Below are positions 27,831 to 40,143 of a stretch of DNA of 64,000 nucleotides, piece by piece. Each line of letters begins with the position of its first letter. Within the stretch, counting starts at the first letter, position 1. The notes beneath the pieces were generated by a model, which searched no databases, was not told the origin of the DNA, and saw only the letters and a program-made list of their open reading frames with translations. Origin of the DNA: Octopus sinensis (lineage: Eukaryota); NCBI RefSeq assembly GCF_006345805.1, contig NC_043005.1:62496001-62560000 (forward strand), given 5' to 3'. The translations under genes were made by a program, and so were the position numbers.

Positions 27831-29199
27831 GTGAGCAAACGTTTTTTTTTTTAATGTGATTTATTTTTTGTCTCAACATCTGGTCTAGTTGTCTGAAGAA
27901 CTTGATAAGTTTGAATACTAAAGTCCCCAAAATGGTGATCTCTTTATTTTCTACAACTTATGTTCCCACCAGTTCTCATATGAGAGTTCTTCTCACATGC
28001 ATTATTATTATTATTATCATTATTATTATTATTATTATTATTATATTATAATTATTTTGCAGGATTTGAGCACGTGAATCTTGATAAAATACAGAATACT
28101 GTAATATATTTAGTTTAGTGTTCTACTGTTTAGCTACTACACAATGGAGGTAACAGGGCTAAAGCTAAACATTACAGACCCATTTCTCTCACGTCTCACA
28201 CATACAACATTGTTGAATGTATGGTGCAAAAAAGAATAATTATGTACCTTGAAGAAAGCAACACCTAATAATAATAATAATAATAATAATAGCACTGCTC
28301 TCTCAATAATAATAATAATAATAATCTATTCTACTATAGGTGCAAGGACTGACATTTTTGAGAGAATTTATGTGGGAGAATTGGCTGCTATTTCTAGCAG
28401 TTTAATTATCCTGCAGAAGCTTTCTCGTTGGTTTGGTTAATTTGAACTTGATATCATTAGATAACTTGTTCTATTTTCTATTACATTTTTCCCTGACTTA
28501 GTCAATGAAGAAACAGCAGCACTTATTGCCTTTTGTCAGAGCCTCCAATACTGACAGGAAGAAGGTGGAGACAGTAACCTTCAGACAGGAGATCTGACTC
28601 AAGCACCTAAAACAGTGTGTACTCAACTTAAAGCACCCAGGAGCCCAGTGGTGGTGCTAAATAGTGACAGATTAAACCTACTATTTCAAAAAAAGATGAA
28701 AATAGCTAAAACATTATTTCTATTTATAACAACATACTTTATGGAAAAATGAAACACTTAAGTTGTGATTTTCATACCCTTCCCCAAAACATTAAGAATG
28801 TAAAGGAAGTAAAATTGTTAGCACTGAAAATTAAACTAGCTTATAAGGAGTTGAAATAGCTGGGTAGACATGGCTTGCTGATTGCACATTTGTTTGCTTT
28901 GCAAGGAATGCTACTAATATTTGTGTACAGCTAATGGCAAACTTACTACAAAGGTGTAGACCTTTTCCAATATTTAAACTGTTCAACTTAAGGCAATATA
29001 CTTTCAGAATTTCTTGTATAATATTGTTTGTGACATGATGAGAAATGAAATATAAAGTGGTAACACTTTAAGTCTTTGGTAATGTGTTATGGTCATGATC
29101 TCTAAATAGCAGTTCAGTTCACTACTTGTTGAAGATTCAATCATTTATTGGATTCTGCTATGGATAACAATATGATAGTGATGTCAATTACAAAAACAG

Positions 29200-29204
<5 letters not shown>

Positions 29205-29246
<42 letters not shown>

Positions 29247-29263
29247 TATATATATATAGAGAG

Positions 29264-29321
<58 letters not shown>

Positions 29322-29395
29322 GCAGACAGATAGATAGACAGATAGACAGATAAACAGACAGACAGATGGATAGAAAGAGAAAGAGAGAGAGAAAG
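29205..29395. repeat. Compound (GA)n/(TA)n/(GATA)n/(GACA)n microsatellite
   Basis: Directly visible. Confidence 0.97.
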
Positions 29396-29699
29396 AAGTT
29401 GCTTTATATATTTTACTATTACTATTACCTAAAAATGTAAGAAAAGTAAGGCATGTGAGTAATGAATAAATCATGCTCAGGTAGAAGACATTTCAGATGA
29501 CACTCTTCTATTTGATAATGAAAGAATGAATTACAATAATGCATTCCTATTGATACTTCTGATTTGTTATCTATACACATGTTCTTACACCCTCTTTCAC
29601 ATACACATAAATACTTACACACGTAAACAGACACACATACACACCTGACAGCCATCCAAGTCAAATAATTGTTTCTAATTTAAGCTCAATGATAGCAAA

Positions 29700-30060
29700 T
29701 TTAATGGGATGGATTAATTGATTATACTGACCCCAGTATTTGATTAGTTCTTTATTTTATCAACCCTGAAAGGATGAAAAACAAATTTGACCTTGGTGGG
29801 ATATGAATCCAGAATGTAAAGGACTGGAAGAAATATTGTAAGGCAATTTTCCTGGCACTTTAACAATTCTTCCAGTCCATTGACTTCATATAACATAGGC
29901 ACAAAACCACAAATTTGGATGGGGATGGGAGGGAGTTAGTTGATTAAATTGACCTCAATACTCAATTGCTACTTTAGTTTATCAAGCCTGGAAGAATGAA
30001 AGACAAAGTTGACTTTGTGGGATTTGAACTCAGATGGCATACGTTTGTTACAAATATTGC
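29700..30060 (-). mobile_element. Two adjacent SINE family A copies
   Basis: CCCTGAAAGGATGAAAAACAAATTTGACCTTGGTGGGATATGAATCCAGAATG, then a second copy GGAAGAATGAAAGACAAAGTTGACTTTGTGGGATTTGAACTCAGA. Confidence 0.75.
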
Positions 30061-30194
30061 AAAATGTTTTTAAATAACTATGCTGATGACTCCACTAATC
30101 CAACACCTTCATCCAAGTAAAATAATAGCCAATATTAATAATCTTCATTCAGAACAAGTCAAAGCCAGTCCTGATTTAGAAATTTATTATCAAA

Positions 30195-30300
30195 AAGTTT
30201 ATTTATTAATATAGGCTCCTTGCAGTTCCCAAACTCCTATTGGTGTTGCAGTACTTGGATTTCATTGGTGAAGAAGCCTTCATTTTACTGGTCAAAATTC
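30195..30300 (-). mobile_element. Short mariner fragment (transposase C-terminus), same family as 30826-31514
   Basis: TATTGGTGTTGCAGTACTTGGATTTCATTGGTGAAGAAGC is identical to the block at about 30932-30971. Confidence 0.85.
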
Positions 30301-30825
30301 AAGTCATGCCCATGTATTTCTTTCTAAGAACAGTGTATCCAAGCCCACATTAGGCACTGTCCTTCTTTTCAAAAATGGAGGGTATATTTGAGGGAAATTT
30401 GGCAGTTATTTCTAGGAGGTTTGGTGACCACCCTCATTGCTCAAACAGATGTGTTCTAAGCATATATGAATTTAAAATAGGACACACTTCATAGGGTTTT
30501 ATGATGAAATTAAATTGTTATTAATTTTCTCATTGGTTTAGATGGTGACCCCCTCCCACTTACAATAACATTTTCGGAAAAAAATATAACTGTCTTTATT
30601 CTGTAGAGCCTGACTAGAGTTTTTTAAAAATCTTGAGGAAAATTAATGGATGTTATCACCAAGAATGTCACACTCCAAATCCAGAGTTTTAATGATCAAT
30701 GACATGACAATACTGCCAAAAGTAACTTATTTTTGAATTAAAGTAACAACAGATATATCACAAAAGTATAGATATATACAAACAAAGTTCAAGCTAGGAC
30801 GTATGCTCTCAGTGTTTCTTTATTA

Positions 30826-31514
30826 CAGGGGTCAGCTGAAAAGTTCATAGGCTCACCAAGATATTCTCAAGGAATGTGACCAAAAGAGGCTTATTTATTA
30901 ATATAGGCCCCTTGCGGTTCCCAAATTTCTTCTATTGGTGTTGCAGTACTTGGATTTCATTGGTGAAGAAGCTTTCATCCTGCTGGTCAAAAATGTTCTC
31001 AACAACAGATATGATGTCACCATCACTGCAATACTGGTTCCCAGCCAAATGCTTTTTCATATTGGGAAACAGGTGATAATCAGATGGGGGCAAATCAAGA
31101 GAATAGGAATGGTGATCGGCCAGTTCAAAGTCATAATTACACACAGCAGCCATTGAAGCAAAGTACTTGTGTGCTGGAGTACTGTCCTGATGAAACAAGA
31201 CCCCTTTCTTCAGTTTTCCTGGGCATTTGGCCTTGATAGCCTTTTGCAAGTTGGCATAGTACTCTCCATTAATGGCATGGCCTTTCTGAAGATAGTTAAT
31301 AAACAATGCCTTCTACATAAAAGAAAGTCAATCACCTGTCATACATCACTATGTGGTGAACATGGTCACTGTTGTTCCTAGGTAAAATTACATTTTACCT
31401 GGGAACAAAACATGCGGTTCTTTATAATAAGAGTTGAAATTGATGCATGTAAGATTTCACAGTTCAAGCATTACTCCTTCATATTCAGCCTATAAACTTT
31501 TCAGCCCACCCTTG
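30826..31514 (-). mobile_element. Internally deleted mariner (Tc1/mariner, DD34D) with both TIRs and TA target duplication
   Basis: TIRs CAGGGGTCAGCTGAAAAGTTCATAGGCT and (reverse complement) CAAGGGTGGGCTGAAAAGTTTATAGGCT, each flanked by TA. ORF 30932-31306 has GVLFHQDSTPAHK and HHSYSLDLPPSDYHLFPNMKK (HQDNAPAH and YSPDLAPSD motifs). The N-terminal half is missing. Confidence 0.95.
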
Positions 31515-31560
31515 TACATCACTTGCATAGTCTGACATGATATGAAATTTAGCATTGAAA

Positions 31561-31852
31561 CACTCTCAGTCTTTACTAGCCAGTGATGGTCATGATCTGT
31601 AAATAATAGTTCACTACTTCAAAAGGATTTGAAGATTTATTGGATTCTGCTGTGGGTAAAATGTGATGACAATGTCAATTATAAAAAGTGGTATTTACTT
31701 TCCAGTTACTATTAGATACAAATGAAAGACACTGAGATGTATGAATGCTGAATAAACTGTGCATAGCTAGAAGACATTCCAGATGTCTTTTGCTCATTTC
31801 ATAACAAACTAATGAACTAAAATTACGTATTCACATCAATATCTCTGATTTG

Positions 31853-31900
<48 letters not shown>

Positions 31901-32495
31901 ATACTCTCTTTCACATACAGACAGCAAACACACATTTACAAATGGTAACCATCCAAGTCAGATATAATCAGACATAAACATTCTTAATTCCAAACAAGTG
32001 TTGTTATTTAGTCCAGGCCAGCCCTACTTCAGTAGACGTGTAACCAAAAGTATTCAAGCCATGACAGTTGTGTCATTTTACTCAGAACACTGCACTTATG
32101 CCCTTTTTATCCAATGTGTGTCACTATTCTAAGATAGTGGGAGTATTTGAGGGAGATTTGGTTGTTATTTTTAGGGGGCTGAATGATATTAGCTCAAATA
32201 GATGGGTGTTCTTGGTGTAGATGAATTGAAAATAGGTTACCCTTTCACAGGATTTTATAATGAAATTAAATTATAGATGGTTGATGCCTCTTGCTTGCAA
32301 TGTCATTTTCATATAATGGCAGGAAAAAAAATATGGCCTATAGCTCTACAATGCCCAACTAGATTTAAAATAAATCCTCAAGGGAAATTAATGGATGATA
32401 TCACTGAAAATGTCATACGACTAATCCGGAGATTCAATCTTCAATGACATGACAGTGTCACTAACAGTGATTTATTTTCTAATTAAAGTAATGAA
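31561..32495 (+). repeat. Diverged local duplication, unit 2
   Basis: Examples: ATGGTCATGATCTGTAAATAATAGTTCACTACTT...ATTTATTGGATTCTGCT and AAATTAATGGATGATATCAC...CAATGACATGACA are shared with unit 1. Confidence 0.7.
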
Positions 32496-33809
32496 ATACC
32501 AGACTAATGACCTAACTGAAGTTTACTATACAATATCTAAAAGCCTTCAGTTTATAAATTAAAATTCCCAGATGCCGTACATCTCATTGCAACCATCCCT
32601 TTTTATATCTGTAAATACATGAATTAGAAAAACCTGCAATACATCAACTTCAATACTTCCGAATTCTGTAACATTTTAACTTCTCTATTTCAAATTTGCT
32701 TTGACTTCCCTCTGTTTTAACACAAGCATAAAATACTCTCAAACATGTATTCATAGTACAAAGCTACAACACACGTGCATCTCCTACAAAGTTTTTAAAT
32801 TACTCTACTCATAATTTATCAGTACCTAAAATATTCTCTTTCCACAAAGAATATTTTTTTTACAGTAAATTATGCCATCCCACAAATTCTTTTGATAATT
32901 TATATTAATTTAAGGATTTCATATGGAATATGAAGGTGCACTTGAGCACTGTATACAATAATTTCATTATTATTTTATATACATAGTTGTAAGGTAAAAT
33001 ATTTTCGTTTTTTCTAATTAAAGAAAACTCATATTGTTATCTTATTTTCAAAGTGATATTAATTGATTAATAAACATTCATTTATGACTTGAAATATTTT
33101 TCAGGTTGTAAAATAATAATTTATAATAGGCATACAAACAACTAGAATATTTAGTTACCATATCGTTTGTTAAACTCTATACTATAAGTACTTCCAAAAT
33201 TTTCAAATAACCTTTAAAAAAATGTAAAGTATTTCAAAAATAAATTTTAATGTGATGAAATAAAGATTACAACATTTACAATTTTACTAGAACTTGTAAT
33301 CAGTTTTAAGTTAATGTTCAGTCTTAAAACAGTTTTAAAAGTTTTTCTTTTTATATTTTGCCTTTGTTTACATTTGAAATAAAGATAAATTCCTTATATT
33401 AAATAGCATAAAAGGAAGTAAGAGATACCATTTGAATACTTTTATGATTGTTCTATAGACATTTCCATTTACTTTGCTTTTCTTTTGTGTACATGCAATA
33501 GCTCTTGCCATAAAAGTCAGGGAGGAAGCCAAGTATTTCAAGAACTTTAGTGCAAAGAATGCTAAAACATTATTTTCTTAACTTGTTTAACAATTTAGTG
33601 TTAACAAATAAATAAATGCACACACACACAAATAAATTTTTACAAAGGTATTTTGTTCAGACACACAAATTTAAAGTTTAGGATCTATTGTTCCCCATGT
33701 TCATCCAAATTTTAATATAGCATTAAAAATAGGTCTATTTTAAATAAAACATTATATCTCTGCTTTTCATGTTCACTTTAAAAATAGTAACAATAATAAT
33801 AACAATAGT

Positions 33810-34290
33810 CAGAGAAATGCAAAATTTTGAGGAATTTTCCTATCCAAAGAGATAAGAAGCTAGAAAATAATAAGCCTGACATAACAATAATGGACAAGGA
33901 AAAGTGAAGTCATCTACTAATTAATCCATCATGTCTGTTTGATTACAGGGTTGTAAAGAAAGAGGATGAAAAATTAAAATAAAAAACTTCAATTCCTTAA
34001 AATTTGAAACTGCAAGATTGCAATATTGTGAATGTAATAATTGGTGTATTGAGAACTTTAAGCAAAGATATAGACAAATAATTGAAGGAGATTGGAATTG
34101 AATGTCCTGTACAGCTTCTGTAGAAAGTTTGCCTCTGACAGAGAGGAAAGATTATCAGGATGGTCTTAAGGACTTGAAAGACCATTGAAAGCTTGTGGAT
34201 ACCTAGGTTTACAAGTAGTAAACTGCAACCCACATAAATTCTACCAGGAAAATAGAATGAACCTGAGTTAAATCATCAATAGTTATAACA
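33810..34290 (+). mobile_element. RLE-type (Dong/R4-like) LINE 3' fragment, same family as 14335-14750
   Basis: EKCKILRNFPIQRDKKLENNKPDITIMDKEK...SCLFDYRVVKKEDEK...KEIGIECPVQLL, then a 3' UTR and a (TAA/CAA)n tail. Confidence 0.88.
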
Positions 34291-34619
34291 ATAACAATAA
34301 TAATAATAATGATTTCAAATGTTGATGCAAGGCCAGCAATTTCAGAGGAATTGCTAAGCATTTTGTCTGGCATGCTAATGATACTGCCAGCTCACTGCCT
34401 TTATAATAATATGAAAAACAAATTCAAGTATTTTACAGTACAAAGTGGCAAAGGATTATTTGGATCATCAAGTAAGGAGATTAATTCAGGAGCTGGACGA
34501 TATCACTTCCAACAAATAAATGGGTACAGATGAAAGCAATAATGTATATTTGAAAGATGTATGAATGCAAATCAAAGATGAATAATTTACCAGAGTAAAA
34601 AAAAAACAACAAAGAGGCA

Positions 34620-34659
<40 letters not shown>

Positions 34660-35913
34660 GTAATAATAATAGTAATAATTTTACACTCCTCTTAATAGCA
34701 AGAATAATATCTGTGCCAGTATTACGTTTTCAGTGCTAGCTATACTATCTGGCTCAGAACTGTATTGGAATGTCACAGTCCTAGGTTCCATAGATTGTGA
34801 CATGAGAAATCTTAGAACATCAAATTCTACACCATAAGTCTCTCACTTGACAGATGAGTGTCCAGGAGGAGTTTAAGATGGCAATTATCAATATTTCTCA
34901 ATAACTTTCCAACACCTGAGAATGACTGTTGTTAATTACAATTGTATGATCATACAAAAATAGCAAATTGATTATTACTGAAGCAACAAAATTCTCAAAA
35001 GAAATTGGATTATATTTTGAACTAAAAGTCTAAATCTAAATCAACAGTAAAGACACAAACAAATCAACTATGGTGAACAACTATGAAGACATGCCAATAC
35101 TGCAAACACAATGCTTATATAGAGATAAAAAATTAACTGAACTGGACGAACACACCTACTCTTAATGAGGAGACAGAATCAATGACATTAACCATATAAA
35201 AACAGGCTACCACTATTTGGTATATTGAAAGGAATATTTACAGTTCCTTCAGTAGAAATGATGAATACCTGTGTGGTATATGCCATGAAACATTGCACAA
35301 CACTATCACAATGTCCAACAATAGCTTTCACAAAATATTTATGCAGATATGATATTGTAGTGAATGCTTTACATATACCAACAATTTCAAGTAATGGTGC
35401 CAGTTGCATGAAGGATCTATTTGAGTGTATTTACATCAATTATATTTCCATGTTTTACAATCCAGTAAATTGCTTTGTTATACACCACAGCTGCTTATAT
35501 TTAACAAGCAAGTGGAAGAGAAATTGTACAATTAGAATATTCTTATCAAGTAGATTTTACGTAATATATAGCAGAAAATAGTAGCAATTTAAAATAAATA
35601 GTTGAGAAATATATAAAACATATGAAATTATCTTTTTTTTTTCAAGGAGTCTTACAAATATAACAAAGAAGCTGGAGTAGTAAGGAGCAAGAAAAATACC
35701 TAACAAAAACACCAGGACTAACAAGTATATATAACATACAAAAAATAGCATTACTAGGCACCACACACATCCTACATAGAGCACTTTCAATAGAGTAAAA
35801 ATAGGAGTATCACGACAAACCACAGCATATACCCAAGGTACACAGACCTGCGCTTGGCAGTGCAGTCAAACCACATGATTAAAATAAGACTACTGAATAA
35901 TAATAACAATAAC

Positions 35914-35972
<59 letters not shown>

Positions 35973-35984
35973 TAATCCTTCCAT

Positions 35985-36185
35985 ATTTTGGCACAAGGCC
36001 TGAAATTTTGGGGAAGTGAGCTAGTTGATTACATCAATCCTAGTATTTGATTGATATTTGTATTGACCTCAAAGGGATGAAAGGCAAAGATGACTTCAGT
36101 GCAATTTGAATTCAGAATGTAAAGACAAAATGCCACTAAACATTTAGTTTGGTGCACTAATGATTCTCCCAGCTCACCATCTTAC
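35985..36185 (-). mobile_element. SINE family A, full length, next to (AAT)n
   Basis: GGCACAAGGCCTGAAATTTTGGGGAAG...AAAGGGATGAAAGGCAAAGATGACTTCAGTGCAATTTGAATTCAGAATG...CCAGCTCACCATCTT. Confidence 0.85.
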
Positions 36186-37899
36186 ATTATGATAATAAAT
36201 AATAATAATGAGTTGTTATTATTATTATTATCATTGTTATTATCATTCATTAGGAACTGATAATGATAATAATAAGTAAGAGAGTGTGCGAGTACAAGTG
36301 GTAATTACGTGTGCAGGAATTTGTGTTTGTTCTCATATTCATGTTTTGGGTATATAATTCAATACAAAAATCACAAAGAATCATCCACCAATGCAGAGCC
36401 AGAAAAAAAAAACATGCTATTCAACTTATTTAACATACCTTATAACCAGCAATTTTAGTGTTTCCTTTCTCTTTAAAGAGCATTCTTCGCTTTTGTAATG
36501 TCAACATACTCATATGTATTTATATATATTTAAATAAATCCTGGAAATTATTTTAATTTTGTTTCTCTATTCATATAACTTGTAAGGAAATGTGAAGCAT
36601 TTATATATGCAGCATCTTTCAAATGTAACTTTTACCAATTTCAAAAACATTTTTGTTTATTCTCAATATATTGTATCAGTCTGACAATGATTAGTCTCTC
36701 ACAATGATTTTATATCAGCCTATAACAAGGAATAGTAATTCATTGTAATAGAGGGATTGGTTTTAAACACACACACACATACACTCTTCATGTGAAGTGG
36801 CATTTTCTCCATTCCACTGTGTTACATTCTAAATGATTTCTTTTCTGCACTATTGATCCTCTTTGGTTACTTTTAACTATAAGAAAGTATTACTTGTACC
36901 TCTTCTTCATTCATCACTCAAGCAAAAATTTTCATTAAGTTGCTACTGAGATAATTTACTCTGTAAGCTTCTGCTTGTTCACTTGTACTCATCATAATAC
37001 TCTTTTTTCCTCTTTCTTTTCTATTTTCTTTTTCAAATTTCTTCATATTTTTCATATTCATTCAATTTTCACAAATCACTTCACTGAATTCAATATTCAA
37101 AATTCTGTCAGAATTATTTTTTTAATAGGAATTCTGTCATGGGGGTTATTGCTTATTTGAAAATATGTGTATGACCTCTTTTTACATTATTTTTTCCTAC
37201 TACTCTCATATATATTGCACACTTTCACAGGACTACTGTGTGCAGCAGTGGGACTTGAGTATATGTTGTATTTTGTTTAAAGTTTTGTATTTTTCTCTAA
37301 TAAATGTACTCAGTGTATTATGTGTGCAGTATTTAGCAATGCTATTTTCTGTAGGTTGTACATATTTCTAAGCCAGACCTGGAAGTTTTAGTTATATATT
37401 TGCCTGCAAGGTTTTTTTTAAAACCATTATGAAGGCATTTACTAGTGTAGCTATTGCTTCTGTTTTCACTCGCCACACTCTAGTTATCTCTATTTTTAGA
37501 ACTTTATAATGTAACTTTCATTAAAAATACAAAATACATGGGCTACATTTTTGATGTCTTTCCATCTCATGAAACTTTCAACAAAAACTAAGCAATATAT
37601 TTGTTTTGAATTGGTGACAATAGAGTTACTGTAGGGAAGTAATTGACTTCTTTTAGACACACATATAATCTGATTGGATTCATTGCAAAGGTCAGTAACA
37701 GGTAAGACCACTATTGGTATTGACGACATCTTCAGTGCATAGATAAAATCTGACAGTTGATTCCAACTTGACATTGTGCACATTGATTTAGTACAATCTT
37801 CAGCTATATGAAACTTCAGACATTATGGGTGTGTGTGTAGTCATTCTGGGATAAAATTGGGCAGTCAAAGGCAATTAAGTAGTTTCTACCCAACCTCTC

Positions 37900-38260
37900 C
37901 TTTCTGAAGTTACATATATTCTGCTTCATTAGATACTCTTCATGGTTCCCAGAGGAAAGTTATTGTTCTTGAGCCTCAATCAAGACTCCTCAATTTCAGT
38001 AATTTTAGTCTTGCCCTTCCAAGCTGATGATATGCTTTTCTTTGTCCTTTTTCATCCTGTTCAATTTTTTTCTTTTTTCCTTTTCAGGTATCAGCCATGC
38101 TGTGAGTTTTCTTGCTATTATTTTAACATGGGATTCTGCAATCTCAGTTTTTTGTTTTATTTTCCCAGTTTCTCTTGTTCTCCTTCCTCACAACTGTCTG
38201 TCATTTCGGTCTGTCTATTGAATGCATTGGTTTCCTTGAAGACAAGACAATTTTTGCTTT
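37900..38260 (-). mobile_element. Decayed RLE-type (Dong/R4-like) LINE fragment
   Basis: Minus translation ...RMKKDKEKHIISLEGQD*...GVLIEAQEQ*LSSGNHEEYLMK resembles the K.ETEG.LIAAQDQ.L.T.NY block of these LINEs. Confidence 0.6.
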
Positions 38261-38805
38261 GAGTGTTCTACTGCTATTTGTATTAGTTGCCTGCTCTTTA
38301 TTATATATTTTTGTGGTTCTATTATTATTCTTATTTAAAGACAATACTTTTTCTAGTTAAATTTATCCAGCAAATTTCAACCAGTTTAAAGATTAATTAA
38401 TCCTCAGTTATAGGTTATAATGTGTTAAAGGTAGATTTCTAAACAGAATTCTCTTTGCAAATGTAATCAGTGGTTTTAATAGAAATACATGGTTATAAAT
38501 TTTACTTTGATATGAATATTTTACATTTATATTATATTTTAAATAACTTGATCCCAATAAAGACACATATTGACATTTAAAAATTGTAGTGTTCAATTTC
38601 TTTTTGATTAAAACATATTCATTATTTTTTTGAGTTACGAAAAATACTCTTCTGAACTTTAATAATTTTGGTTTTATTATTCATTGTTCTATAAAAAGAT
38701 TAATGAAGATTATTAGCTATTTTTGATTAATCTTATCAATTAGCCAGATCTGTTTCTTCCTCCTTTTTCGTTTCAGAAAATATCTTAGTGTCACAGTTTA
38801 AAAAT

Positions 38806-38853
<48 letters not shown>

Positions 38854-39289
38854 TATTATTATTATTATTATTATTATTAAAATTGAGGAGAAAACAAGGG
38901 AAAAGAGAAAGAAATCCCTGAATGCTCTTGCTTTAATTCTCCAATCAGAATTCTATATTAACATTTTAATACTGGTGATACCATTCCAAACCAAAAATTA
39001 AGTCAATATTTGAATCAGTAATGGTGAAAGTAAAAATTTTGCTGTATTTTGTAATTTTTATTTCATTGTATGTTCTGTGTGTAATTGTTATTTTTTAAAT
39101 GTATGATTGTATAAAGAAGAGATACAAAAAGAAATTTCTCAACGAATACTTATAAATACTGAATGAGTAGCAAACTAACAATATGCAACACTATGGGAAT
39201 GAGGATTATGAGCAGAATAGTAGTGAATTTACAAAATACTATTGCTGTGTTTTAGCCATGGTTAGTTTTCAGTAAAAAGCATTCATCAT

Positions 39290-39480
39290 CATCATCATCA
39301 TCATAATTTAACATCTGTTTTCTGTACAGGCATGGGTTGGATGGCTAGGCAGGATCCAGTGAGCCATAGAGCCATGTCAAATTTTAATGTCAGCTTTGGC
39401 ATGGTTTCTATGACTAGATTCTACTCTTAACAACAATCATTTATGGTGTGTACTGCATGAAATTTTTTGGGCCACTGTTA
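39290..39480 (-). mobile_element. SINE family C, 3' part with (CAT)n tail
   Basis: CATCATCATCAT...GCATGGGTTGGATGG...GGCATGGTTTCTATGACTAGATTC is the reverse complement of the 45100-45255 block. Confidence 0.7.
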
Positions 39481-40115
39481 CTAGTAAGGTCACCAGAATA
39501 AATATAGCTTCCTGTTAATAATCATTTGAATTAAGGAAAATAAAATGTTATATGAACTGCATATTAAAAACTGAAACATAATTGCAGTTTTGACAGTTAA
39601 TATATCAAATTCTGTTTCATCATTTCTTGATGCTAGCTTAATCACGAGAATGAAAATGAATTTTGTTGAAATTTTAGAAATCCCTTTTAAAAGTAGATTA
39701 TATATATATATATATATGTACATACACACACACACACACACATCCATATGGATTTTAGTTTCACTGCAAAATTAAGTCCCAAATCCTTTTCTTTTATCAG
39801 GTAGACTAAATATGAGAATGAAATTAGTCTGAATACTCATTCATAAACCATACTGCTTTGGAATTCCAGTAAGTTTGTATATAAATACGTTATATGCAGT
39901 GATATTTTTTTTTATTGTATTCTTTCTAAGTACATAAATGATAACAGAACTACTTAAAGAAACTGCTTTGGAGATTGTCACAACTATAAGAAGAGTTTTA
40001 ATGAGCAAAAATAAATAAGAAGTAATAAACAGTAAAAGATATTTTGTTGAAAAATGTCTCATGCTAATTAAAAGATATTTTATGTAAGAAAGTTTTCCTT
40101 TATTTCTGGTCTTAC

Positions 40116-40143
40116 ACAAGTTTATTTTATCTTGTCTGCGCTT
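40116..40143 (-). CDS. Candidate 28-nt micro-exon, KRRQDKINL
   Basis: Strong acceptor gtatttttattttccaag and donor TGT|gtaaga. The peptide loosely resembles the bHLH basic/helix-1 motif (EKRRRDKIN) but is too short to assign. Confidence 0.2.

Larger units (their letters stand above)
29064..30740 (+). repeat. Diverged local duplication, unit 1 (interrupted by microsatellite, SINEs and a mariner fragment)
   Basis: Three collinear blocks (about 29064-29190, 29440-29670, 30305-30740) align by eye with 31561-31690, 31700-31960 and 32030-32495. Confidence 0.7.

Noticed and set aside
28500-28760. GC-richer segment with partly open frames
   Set aside because: Stops occur in the long frames and readings conflict between strands; possibly a LINE remnant, but I cannot assign it.
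37496-37783. 95-aa minus-strand ORF
   Set aside because: No recognisable motif or splice support; a few ORFs of this length are expected by chance in 64 kb read in six frames.
37962-38101. + strand exon pair with near-perfect splice sites (RKVIVLEPQSRLLNF/SISHA)
   Set aside because: It lies antisense within a decayed RLE LINE whose purine-rich strand creates false pyrimidine tracts. This shows how easily false exons arise in this window.
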